Assembly: GCA_043803685.1 (NCBI GenBank)
Contig: JAZDJU010000129.1
Location: 1-42,921 of the forward strand
Direction: 5' to 3'
DNA length: 42,921 nucleotides
From: Candidatus Omnitrophota bacterium
GTDB lineage: Bacteria > Omnitrophota > Omnitrophia > Omnitrophales > Aquincolibacteriaceae
A program made the translations under genes and the position numbers. The notes under the pieces were generated by a model, which was given only the letters and a program-made list of their open reading frames with translations, did no database searches and was not told the DNA's origin. Shown piece by piece: positions 9,291 through 17,214 of this stretch (position 1 is its first letter; each line of letters begins with the position of its first letter).

Positions 9291-9892
9291 ACAAACTCCT
9301 TCGCCTCCGCAAGAGACCCCTTCAGGATCCCTTCGAAGATCTGGCGCGCTTCTTCCGGTTGTCCCGAATAAAGAAGGGCCTTTCCGTAAAGGGATCTTGC
9401 ACGAAGATCGCTCGGATCATTTTTCATAAGGACCGTGAGTATCTCTTTCGCTTTATCAAATTGCTTGTTCCAAATATAGATCTCCGCCAACGCGTTCCGG
9501 GCCTCTCGGTCATCGCCATTCTTGCGGATGATTTCCAGATAGATCGCTTCAGCCCTGCCGTATTCTTTTTTCCAGGAATAGGCATCTGCCAATATTTTCT
9601 TTGTACGCGAAGATCCTGGGTCCACTTCCAGCAGTTTTTGAAACACCTCGATCGCTTCCCTCTGGCTTCCGGACCAAAGATACGCATAAGCCAGCTCCGT
9701 TAAAGTTTCGACCCGCTTGGGGGCATAAGGAAGCGATCGGATGAAAAACGGGATGGCGTCTTTGAATTCCGACCTCATAAAACGATCGTGACCCTGGTAA
9801 TAGTAGATGTCGGCCTTTTGGGTCAGGTGATACACCCCCGTTGTCGCAACAGCCACCAGGATCAACAAGATGACCAGCAGAGTATTTCTCAT
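9287..9892 (-). CDS. Membrane-anchored TPR protein, first gene of the EPS operon
   Basis: N-terminal TM/signal; TPRs LAYAYLWSGSQREAIEVFQKLL, LADAYSWKKEYGRAEAIYLEII; ATGA overlap with the next gene. Confidence 0.85.
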   Translation of the reverse strand: MRNTLLVILLILVAVATTGVYHLTQKADIYYYQGHDRFMRSEFKDAIPFFIRSLPYAPKRVETLTELAYAYLWSGSQREAIEVFQKLLEVDPGSSRTKKILADAYSWKKEYGRAEAIYLEIIRKNGDDREARNALAEIYIWNKQFDKAKEILTVLMKNDPSDLRARSLYGKALLYSGQPEEARQIFEGILKGSLAEAKEFV

Positions 9893-9986
9893 TGGGATCT
9901 TGATCCCTCGGAAGATTTTGAGTATTGAGCCTGTTTCGACGTATAGTTTATCGTGGTTCCGGGGCCCCTTCTTGAGAGAAGAATTG

Positions 9987-10015
9987 TTGTCGGTGGGCTA
10001 AAGACCCGCTATAAT
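9987..10015 (+). promoter_or_regulatory. sigma70-type promoter for tRNA-Gln
   Basis: TTGTCG (9987-9992), 17 nt, TATAAT (10010-10015), ~40 nt upstream of the tRNA. Confidence 0.6.
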
Positions 10016-10055
10016 CCCACCTGTTTTTCCCGCCGGTCGATCACATAATCTTCAT

Positions 10056-10126
10056 TGGGGGATGGTGTAACGGTAGCACCGATGCCTCTGGAGCATCTAG
10101 TCTAGGTTCGAATCCTAGTCCCCCAG
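10056..10126 (+). tRNA. tRNA-Gln (anticodon CTG)
   Basis: Cloverleaf: acceptor TGGGGGA/TCCCCCA, anticodon arm GATGC-CTCTGGA-GCATC, T arm CTAGG-TTCGAAT-CCTAG; CCA not encoded. Confidence 0.96.
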
Positions 10127-10130
10127 TTTC

Positions 10131-10231
10131 TCCTTCGCCGTGTCCTTACGGCACGGCTTCGGAGGAACAAGTCTTCTTCGCGGCGAAGGAAAATTCCTAC
10201 GAAGCTCCGCCGTAAGGACGGAGCGGAGTAG
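10131..10231. repeat. Palindromic repeat cluster between tRNA-Gln and the GIY-YIG gene
   Basis: TCCTTCGCCG (10131-10140)/CGGCGAAGGA (10181-10190); GTCCTTACGGC (10142-10152)/GCCGTAAGGAC (10209-10219); local hairpins GCCGTG/CACGGC and GCTCCG/CGGAGC. Confidence 0.65.
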
Positions 10232-10273
10232 AATCAATTTCAAAGTAACGGTATTTAGTTCCGGAAAGCAACG

Positions 10274-10525
10274 ATGCCCTTCACCGTCTACATCCTTACC
10301 AGCATTGCAAACCCCAAGCGCACCTATATCGGCTACACCACAAACATCACACAAAGGATGATCGCGCATAACGGGAAGAAAGCCACGGGCTACAGCAACC
10401 ATTACGCTCCATGGAAACTCGAGACTTCAGTTGTTTTCCACGAAAAAAAGTTGGCGCTGGAATTTGAACGTTATCTCAAGTCGGGCTCGGGACAAGCATT
10501 TCTAATGAAGCATTTTCTGCCATAA
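10274..10525 (+). CDS. Small standalone GIY-YIG nuclease family protein
   Basis: VYIL...TYIGYT...QRMIAHN...PWKL...ALEFERYLKSGSG. Confidence 0.9.
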   Translation: MPFTVYILTSIANPKRTYIGYTTNITQRMIAHNGKKATGYSNHYAPWKLETSVVFHEKKLALEFERYLKSGSGQAFLMKHFLP

Positions 10526-10567
10526 AGCACAGAACTACCGCGCTACCGCTTCTGGATGGCTTTGCGT

Positions 10568-12256
10568 TCAGCCCTTTTTTTCGATCTTCTCCCACGTGTC
10601 ACGCAACGTAACCGTGCGATTGAAGACGGGCTGGCCGGGCTTGGAATCGAGGGGATCGACGAAGAAATATCCAAGACGCTCGAACTGGAACCGTTCGCCG
10701 GATTTCGCGTCCTTGAGACTTGGCTCGAGGAGTGCCTCTGGGATCGTGATTAGGGACTTGGGATTTAGATTGGAGAAAATATCCTGTCCTTCCGGAACAT
10801 TGCCCGGGTCTTCCGCAGCAAAGAGATGATCATAGAGCCGGACTTCGGCCTTCAACGCATGCTGAGCCGAAACCCAGTGGATCGTCCCTTTCACTTTGCG
10901 GCCGTCCGGAGGATTGTTCCCTCCGCGAGTCTCAGGATCGTAGGTGCAATGAAGCTCCGTGATCTTGCCTGAAGCGTCTTTCACCACTTTTTCGCATTTG
11001 ACGAAATACCCATAGCGAAGGCGCACTTCCCCGCCAGGCACTAGCCGGAAGAACTTCTTCGGCGCATCCTCGCGGAAATCATCCCGTTCAATATAAAGTT
11101 CGCGCGAGAACGGGAGTTTCCGGGAACCCGCGGCCGGGTCCTCAGGATTGTTCACGGCCTCCATCTCTTCGGTCTTCCCTTCCGGATAATTCGTGACCAC
11201 GACTTTAAGCGGGTCGAGAACTGCCATCACTCGTGGCGCGGTCTTATTGAGTTCCTCACGGAGCGAACTCTCAAGCACCACCCTGTCGATCGTGCTGTTG
11301 AACTTCGCGACGCCGATCTTGTCGCAGAACGTGCGGATCGAAGAAGGTGTATAGCCCCGGCGGCGGAATCCCGAGATCGTCGGCATACGCGGATCGTTCC
11401 ATCCGGAAACGGTCTTCTGCTGGACAAGCTTCAGAAGGATGCGCTTGCTCAAAAGGGTGTAAGTGAGATTGAGACGGGCGAATTCGATCTGCTGGGGATG
11501 ATGGATGCCGAGCTCGTCAAGGACCCAGTCGTAAAGGGGGCGGTTGTTCTCGAACTCGAGCGTACAAATGGAGTGAGTGATCCCTTCGATGGAGTCCGAG
11601 ATGCAATGCGTGAAATCGTACATCGGGTAAATGCACCATTGATCTCCGGTGCGGTGGTGCGACGCCTTCTTGATCCTGTAGATCGTGGGGTCCCGCATCG
11701 TGATGTTGGGCGATGCCATATCGATCTTAGCCCTCAAAACACGGGAGCCGTCCGCGAATTCTCCCGCTTTCATTCTCTCGAAAAGGTTCAGGTTCTCCTC
11801 GACGGACCGGTCGCGGAACGGGCTGTTCTTCCCAGGAGCGGTCAGCGTGCCGCGATACTGCCGTTGTTCGTCAGCGCTCAGGTCACAGACATAGGCCTTC
11901 CCTTTTTTGATGAGCGTCATGGCGTGCTGGTAAAGCTGCTCAAAATAATCCGAGGCGTAATATTCGCGGGTCCCCCAGTCAAAGCCGAGCCAGCGGACGT
12001 CCTCGCGGATGGAGTCGACGTACTCGACTTCTTCTTTCTCGGGATTCGTGTCATCAAAACGGAGATTGCACAGTCCCTGATAATCGCGGGCGATCCCGAA
12101 GCTGATGCAAATGGCTTTGGCATGACCGATATGAAGATAGCCGTTCGGCTCGGGCGGAAAACGCGTGTGCACGCGGCCGCCATGCTTGCCATTGGCAATA
12201 TCCTGGTCGACAATGTCGCGTATAAAATTGGAAGGCGTCTTGGGTGTTTCCGTCAT
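10568..12256 (-). CDS. glnS: Glutamine--tRNA ligase
   Basis: [58 protein letters not shown]. Confidence 0.97.
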   Translation of the reverse strand: MTETPKTPSNFIRDIVDQDIANGKHGGRVHTRFPPEPNGYLHIGHAKAICISFGIARDYQGLCNLRFDDTNPEKEEVEYVDSIREDVRWLGFDWGTREYYASDYFEQLYQHAMTLIKKGKAYVCDLSADEQRQYRGTLTAPGKNSPFRDRSVEENLNLFERMKAGEFADGSRVLRAKIDMASPNITMRDPTIYRIKKASHHRTGDQWCIYPMYDFTHCISDSIEGITHSICTLEFENNRPLYDWVLDELGIHHPQQIEFARLNLTYTLLSKRILLKLVQQKTVSGWNDPRMPTISGFRRRGYTPSSIRTFCDKIGVAKFNSTIDRVVLESSLREELNKTAPRVMAVLDPLKVVVTNYPEGKTEEMEAVNNPEDPAAGSRKLPFSRELYIERDDFREDAPKKFFRLVPGGEVRLRYGYFVKCEKVVKDASGKITELHCTYDPETRGGNNPPDGRKVKGTIHWVSAQHALKAEVRLYDHLFAAEDPGNVPEGQDIFSNLNPKSLITIPEALLEPSLKDAKSGERFQFERLGYFFVDPLDSKPGQPVFNRTVTLRDTWEKIEKKG

Positions 12257-12379
12257 GTTCGATCTCCGGCAAAACTCCAGAAATGATTTTATTATGCGTT
12301 ACTCTGGCCCAATCCCCCTTTCTAAAACCCGGTCTTGGAAGGGGGACGAGACCCACGGGCGGGGATTATATCAGATTTA

Positions 12380-12646
12380 TTAACTTCGGGCGAGACGATG
12401 AAGATACGCCGCGATAAAGGTCTGATAACGGACGCCGAGCTTTGCGGCCTTTTCCTTGATCAACATCATATCTTCCGGATTGACGCGCATATTAAGCACC
12501 GCGCTCTTCTTCCACTGATCGATCGCCTCTTTGATCTTGAAAAACTCCTCACGGCTTACGGGCTGATAGACGCCCGCGCAGAGGTCCTCATCCGCCTGTT
12601 TTTCTTCTTCCGTTAATTTCATTTTCTTCCAGTCAATCTTCTTCAT
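12380..12646 (-). CDS. Putative antitoxin (BrnA/CopG ribbon-helix-helix type)
   Basis: LTEEEK...LNMRVNPEDMMLIKEKAAKLGVRYQTFIAAYLH; overlaps the toxin stop. Confidence 0.8.
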   Translation of the reverse strand: MKKIDWKKMKLTEEEKQADEDLCAGVYQPVSREEFFKIKEAIDQWKKSAVLNMRVNPEDMMLIKEKAAKLGVRYQTFIAAYLHRLARS

Positions 12647-12899
12647 CTTCGATCTCTCCCCCGTAAAGTTTCGTATATTTCCGGCACGGATAAAGCGTCT
12701 TCAAAAACACACCGTCCTCTTCGAACACGCAAGGCGCCACCCAGACATAGCCCTCATATTCAAATAAGATCTTCCGTTGATCGGACCGCTGGGGATGGTC
12801 CACAATGGCAATGATCCGATGCCGCACCATCTCCTCAAACGACACCCCGCGCTGACACTTCAATACGCGGCTCTTTTCAACGTCCCATCGAACTTTCAA
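12633..12899 (-). CDS. Putative BrnT-like toxin
   Basis: Start revised to TTG 12899 after a GAGGTG RBS. RWDVEKS...RGVSFEE...HPQRSDQR...YVWVAPCV...FLKTLYPCRKYTKLY. Confidence 0.75.
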   Translation of the reverse strand: MKVRWDVEKSRVLKCQRGVSFEEMVRHRIIAIVDHPQRSDQRKILFEYEGYVWVAPCVFEEDGVFLKTLYPCRKYTKLYGGEIEDEED

Positions 12900-12911
12900 A
12901 GACTCACCTCG

Positions 12912-12950
12912 AATATAGCACTGTTTTTTTGTATAGACAAGTGTATTGTC
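12912..12950 (-). promoter_or_regulatory. TA operon promoter with overlapping operator-like palindrome
   Basis: Minus strand TTGTCT (12940-12935), 17 nt, TATATT (12917-12912) with extended-10 TG; GACAA-N5-TTGTC (12936-12950) overlaps the -35. Confidence 0.55.
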
Positions 12951-13040
12951 AGTTACGTTTTCTGAATTAGAATATTTTATATTATTTTTAGCGATATTCA
13001 ACAGTAAAATCCTCCCCCGAGAAATTGCGATTGCGGTGTT

Positions 13041-14321
13041 TTAGGAGAGAAAGCGCCGGAGGCGATCCAGACAAGCCTCTTTGCCGATCAGGCTCATCAC
13101 TTCAAACATTCCGGGGCTCGCCGTGCCGCCCGTGAGAACGAACCGGAGAGGATGGATAATATCTTTGGGCTTCAAGCCAGCGGCTTCCGCTACTTGTTTT
13201 GTCTTCTGGTCCAAAAGCTGGACATCGTCGAAATCGCCAACATCCTCAAGGACCTCACATAATTGTTTCAGAAGAGCCATCGCCGGCGCATGAGTTTTGA
13301 TCTCCGTCATGAAAGCGACGTCCTTGTATTCCGGCGGAGTAAAACAATACGCGGTCTGGTCTTTAAGCTCCCCGTAAGTCTGGATACGGGGCCGGTAAAG
13401 CGCGATCAGCTTCCGCCATTTTTCTTCCGGCAGGGGCTCCATCTTATCCTTCCAGAACTCCGTCATTTGTTTTTCGTAGTCTTCGCCCGGAATGGCACGA
13501 ATGTGCTGACCGTTCACCCAAAATAGCTTTTCAGGATTGAACTGGGCGTTCGATTTGATCACACGCTTGAGAGAGAACTGCTTCACAAGCTCCGGAAGCG
13601 AAAAGATCTCCTGAGGCGTCCCAGGATTCCAGCCAAGAAGCGCCAGATAATTGATAAGCCCTTGCGGGAGAAAACCCTTGTTGCGATATTCGGTGACCGC
13701 CACGGCTCCGTGACGCTTGGAAAGCGGAGTGCCGTCCGAACCGAAAATGAGCGGCAGATGAGCGTACTTCGGGGATTTCCAACCCAGCGCCTGCTGGAGC
13801 AGCACGTGCCGCGGCGTGTTCGGAAGATGGTCTTCCCCGCGCACCACATGCGTGATTCCCATATCATGATCATCCACGACCACGGCCAGATGAAAGACCG
13901 GATAGCCATCGGATTTCATGATGACAAGGTCGTCAAATTCCTTGGAGTCGTAGGTCACTTCCCCGCGAACGATGTCATAGACCTTGACCTCGGTCTGCGG
14001 GATCTTGAACTTGATGGCCCCTTCGAATTCATAGGCGAGACCTTTGGAGACTAGCTCCTGCGCGACTTCACGATACCGGTCTAGCCGGCTGCTTTGATGG
14101 ACCAGATCCTCGTCCCATTCCATTCCGAGCCATTTCATCGAATCGAGAATCTCTTTCTCGAATTCGGGCGTTGAACGCTGCCGGTCGGTGTCTTCGATCC
14201 GCAGCAGGAATTTTCCTCCCTGCTGGCGGGCATAGAGATAGTTGAAAAGCGCGGTGCGCACGCCGCCAATATGCAGGTATCCCGTCGGGGACGGGGCAAA
14301 ACGAACTCGAATGTCAGACAT
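13041..14321 (-). CDS. gltX: Glutamate--tRNA ligase
   Basis: RVRFAPSPTGYLHIGG, LRIEDTD, HVVRGEDH, LSKRHG, NYLALLGW, anticodon domain SPGMFE. Confidence 0.96.
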   Translation of the reverse strand: MSDIRVRFAPSPTGYLHIGGVRTALFNYLYARQQGGKFLLRIEDTDRQRSTPEFEKEILDSMKWLGMEWDEDLVHQSSRLDRYREVAQELVSKGLAYEFEGAIKFKIPQTEVKVYDIVRGEVTYDSKEFDDLVIMKSDGYPVFHLAVVVDDHDMGITHVVRGEDHLPNTPRHVLLQQALGWKSPKYAHLPLIFGSDGTPLSKRHGAVAVTEYRNKGFLPQGLINYLALLGWNPGTPQEIFSLPELVKQFSLKRVIKSNAQFNPEKLFWVNGQHIRAIPGEDYEKQMTEFWKDKMEPLPEEKWRKLIALYRPRIQTYGELKDQTAYCFTPPEYKDVAFMTEIKTHAPAMALLKQLCEVLEDVGDFDDVQLLDQKTKQVAEAAGLKPKDIIHPLRFVLTGGTASPGMFEVMSLIGKEACLDRLRRFLS

Positions 14322-14330
14322 GGTCTAGGA

Positions 14331-14351
14331 TCTCAAATTTGAAATTTCAAA
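14331..14351. repeat. Heptamer tandem array, TYTSARA family (3 units)
   Basis: TCTCAAA TTTGAAA TTTCAAA directly abutting the response-regulator stop (14352-14354). Confidence 0.7.
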
Positions 14352-14717
14352 TCAATGCGGGGTCGTACGCGCCACAGTATGAATGAGGGATTTCACGCGG
14401 TCAAGGTCCAAGGGCTTGCGCAAGCAGGCCGCGGCTCCAAGATGAAGGATCTCTTTTTCCTTAGACTCCGTGATAAAACCCGTGATCAGAGCCACAGGGA
14501 CCTGGCTGAAATGGCGGATCCGTTCCAGGACTTTCTTCCCATCCATGAAGGGCATCGAAGAGTCAAGAAAAACGAGATTATAATCGTGGTCCTGGATCTT
14601 CCGGAGCCCCTCCTTGCCGTTCAAAGCGCAATCCACCTCATGGCCTTCATGCTCGAGGGTCTCGCGGAACTCCTCACAGATCATTTTTTCGTCGTCCACG
14701 ATCAGCAATTTAGCGAT
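14352..14717 (-). CDS. Single-domain response regulator (CheY-like receiver)
   Basis: LLIVDDE, LVFLD..MPFMDG, ITG, KP. GGAGG RBS lies 8 nt before ATC-GCT-AAA-TTG (14717); the ORF track uses TTG 14708. Confidence 0.9.
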   Translation of the reverse strand: MAKLLIVDDEKMICEEFRETLEHEGHEVDCALNGKEGLRKIQDHDYNLVFLDSSMPFMDGKKVLERIRHFSQVPVALITGFITESKEKEILHLGAAACLRKPLDLDRVKSLIHTVARTTPH

Positions 14718-14772
14718 GGCCTAATCCTCCTGGTGGGGATCCTTCCCCTTGAACCTCAGGAAGACTTTCCCC

Positions 14773-15609
14773 TTAATCGAAATCAGGGAACTTGAAATTC
14801 TCCCTGAGCGTCTGGAGATAACCCCGCTTCGTGCTCTTCACCAGAGACAAAGGCATGTGGAAGCGGGTCACTTCGACGCTATAGCTATCGTCGATTTCGA
14901 TCTTTTCTTGACCATCGGCCGTAAGGAGGGCCTTTTCATTGGGGTTTTCCGTGCGGATACGGATCGTGATCTTCTCATCCGCCCCGATCACCAGAGCGCG
15001 CAGATTGAGGGCATGAGGACAGATGGGCGTAATAAGGATCGCCTCGAGTTTGGGATGCACCACCGCGCCGCCCGCGGAAAGCGAGTAAGCGGTAGAACCT
15101 GTCGGAGAGGCGATCACGACCCCGTCGCCCCTGAAACTCGTGAACTTCTCCCCCGAGATTGTGACATCCAGTTGGAGGATACGGGCCAGTCCTTCGCGAC
15201 TGATCACGATATCGTTCAGCGCAATGAACCGCCGGCCCTGATCGCCTTTTTTGCTTTTCGCGGTGCAGGAAAGCATCAGCCTGTTTTCCACCATCGGCTT
15301 CTGAAGAAGATAGGCGTTCAGCTCCTCAAAAACCTCCTCGGCTTTCGCCTCGGTCAGAAATCCGAGCTTCCCAAAATTCACGCCCAGGATCGGCACAACA
15401 CGGTTCTTCATGCGACTCACCACAGAAAGAATGGTCCCGTCCCCGCCGAGGCAGAGTAGGAGCGTCGAACTTTCGATCAATTCGTCGAACGAAGAGGTCA
15501 GAGAGTCCCGAACAGGAATATCCCGTTTCGCGAGCCATTCCTTGAGCTTCACGCAAAGCTCCGGCGCGCCTTTTTTCTTCTGATTGACGACGATCCCGAT
15601 TTTTTCCAT
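14773..15609 (-). CDS. nadK: NAD+ kinase
   Basis: LGGDGTIL, GVNFGKLGFL, ALNDIVI, GDGVVIASPTGSTAYSLSAGG, PICPH. Confidence 0.96.
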   Translation of the reverse strand: MEKIGIVVNQKKKGAPELCVKLKEWLAKRDIPVRDSLTSSFDELIESSTLLLCLGGDGTILSVVSRMKNRVVPILGVNFGKLGFLTEAKAEEVFEELNAYLLQKPMVENRLMLSCTAKSKKGDQGRRFIALNDIVISREGLARILQLDVTISGEKFTSFRGDGVVIASPTGSTAYSLSAGGAVVHPKLEAILITPICPHALNLRALVIGADEKITIRIRTENPNEKALLTADGQEKIEIDDSYSVEVTRFHMPLSLVKSTKRGYLQTLRENFKFPDFD

Positions 15610-15675
15610 CTCTAAGCCCCTCGTTTGGAATCTATTTTAAATACTCCGCACTCCCGATTCAAGCATAGAAGCATA

Positions 15676-15738
15676 TATGGCTTATAGCTGATAGCCTATA
15701 GCTTTTAGCTAAAGGCTATGCGCTTCAGGCTATAAGCG
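15676..15738. repeat. Heptamer tandem array, TATAGCT family, inverted halves
   Basis: TATGGCT TATAGCT GATAGCC TATAGCT TTTAGCT AAAGGCT ATGCGCT TCAGGCT ATAAGCG. Confidence 0.8.
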
Positions 15739-15748
15739 CACTCCATTT

Positions 15749-15961
15749 TTAATCCACGAGAATCGTTTCTCCGGCGTACTCCACCCGCTGCCCTTTGCGG
15801 ATCTTGCAAGCCTTTCGCATCTCGATCTGCCCGTCGACTTTCACCGCCGACTGCGAAACCGCGCACTTGGCCATCCCCCCGCTCTCACAAAGCCCCGTCA
15901 CCTTGAGAAGCTTGAAAAGTTCGATATATTCCGTGGTCAGTTCAAAAGAGATCGGTTCCAT
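15749..15961 (-). CDS. S4-domain RNA-binding protein (YbcJ/YaaA family)
   Basis: YIELFKLLKVTGLCESGGMAK...VKVDGQIEMRKACKIRKG. Confidence 0.92.
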   Translation of the reverse strand: MEPISFELTTEYIELFKLLKVTGLCESGGMAKCAVSQSAVKVDGQIEMRKACKIRKGQRVEYAGETILVD

Positions 15962-15972
15962 GAACGCTCCGC

Positions 15973-17124
15973 CTATTCTTCCACTCTGACCGCCATGCCT
16001 TCGTCGATCAGTTTCTGGTTTATATAAATGTCGGCTCGGCCAGGAACATCAAGTTCCTGCCGAAGCCGTCCTTGCCCGTTGGGGGCAAGGGCAATAAAAA
16101 GATCGGCCAAGTAGCGGTCGTACTTGTCTGATTTCACTGTTCGAATAAGAACGGAAGAAGCTGAGACGCCAGAGGCAAGAGGCAGAGATTTTTCTTGCTT
16201 CTCTGCTTCTGTGATTCTTAATTCTTTTTCTAAGAATGCCTTCGATTCCATCCCGTCCGCGGTCATTATCTCAGGGGCGTCAATCCCTCGCAGGCGGAGT
16301 TTCTGAACTGTCCGGAACCCGAAACCGAGATCGATCAAGGCCTTGATCGTATCGCCATCCAGGACCTCGAGGACTTTGATCTCATAGGTATAAAGATCGT
16401 CTTCGGTCGCGTTGTCGAGTTTCCTGTATTCACCGTTCACGACCTGAAGAATATCTTTCTCCTGAAAGGAAAATCCCTTGGCGGGTGTGTAGTAATTGGA
16501 AAATCCAAGATCGAGCACCCGTTCCTTTTCCTCCGTCCCCCGGACAACACGGTACGTATGCGGAATACCAGGCTCGGCGGTAAGAACTTCCTCGAGGATT
16601 GGTTTTTCACCCCGGGTAACATTCCGGATCTCTTCGCGCAACCGGCCCCTCGTCCAATTTTCTTTTTCTGTCCTCTCGGCAAGGGTTTGCCGTTCTTCAG
16701 GATCATTGACCGAAAGCAGGTCGCGGTACTCCGACCAGCTCAATTTTGACGCACGCGGCAAAATCGGGTAGGCCCGGTAAAATCTAAGTGAGTAATAAAG
16801 CTCACGCCCGCTCATCCCAAGATCGCCGGAGAGCCGTCCCAGGACATGCTCGGCATAGTCTGCCCGTTCCTTGTGCTGAAGCACATGCGCATCGATCAGT
16901 CTTCCGATCTCCCACGCCTCGCGCACCCGCTCCCGTTCCACGGCCTTTTCCACCCGGACTCGGGCTTCGGCCCGTGCCCCACGGATCGCCGACACCAACT
17001 GATCATAAGCCTTAACCTCCGGCAGCGCCGTGACTTCCCCGCCGGGAGTGGCTTCTGCTGGAAGAATCGCGGAGGTCATAAGGATCAAAACGAGAAAAAT
17101 GCCGAGCATTTTCATCTTTTTCAT
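15973..17124 (-). CDS. DUF1016 (YhcG) N-terminal domain + thermonuclease (SNase-like) fusion with signal-peptide-like N-terminus
   Basis: Start ATG 17124 after AGGAGG. WEIGRLI...LSGDLG...LYYSLRFYRAYP...LSWSEYRDLL (DUF1016_N); VLDGDTI...LRLRGIDAPE...DKYDRYLAD...INQKLIDEGMA (SNase). Confidence 0.85.
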   Translation of the reverse strand: MKKMKMLGIFLVLILMTSAILPAEATPGGEVTALPEVKAYDQLVSAIRGARAEARVRVEKAVERERVREAWEIGRLIDAHVLQHKERADYAEHVLGRLSGDLGMSGRELYYSLRFYRAYPILPRASKLSWSEYRDLLSVNDPEERQTLAERTEKENWTRGRLREEIRNVTRGEKPILEEVLTAEPGIPHTYRVVRGTEEKERVLDLGFSNYYTPAKGFSFQEKDILQVVNGEYRKLDNATEDDLYTYEIKVLEVLDGDTIKALIDLGFGFRTVQKLRLRGIDAPEIMTADGMESKAFLEKELRITEAEKQEKSLPLASGVSASSVLIRTVKSDKYDRYLADLFIALAPNGQGRLRQELDVPGRADIYINQKLIDEGMAVRVEE

Positions 17125-17214
17125 CTTGGGAACCTTCCTCCTACCCCATTCCAGACCGGGTCTGGAATTGGGTTCCATTTTCAATTAAGTGATGTGTCCC
17201 CCGACCCTGTGTTT

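Noticed and set aside
10056..10567. Prophage or integrative element at tRNA-Gln (or tRNA-Arg)
   Set aside because: No integrase, no att duplication of the tRNA 3' end, no phage genes.
12310..12365. Hairpin TCCCCCTTTC...GGAAGGGGGA upstream of glnS as a T-box or riboswitch
   Set aside because: The region is too short and lacks the T-box motif; more likely the TA operon terminator or a small palindrome.
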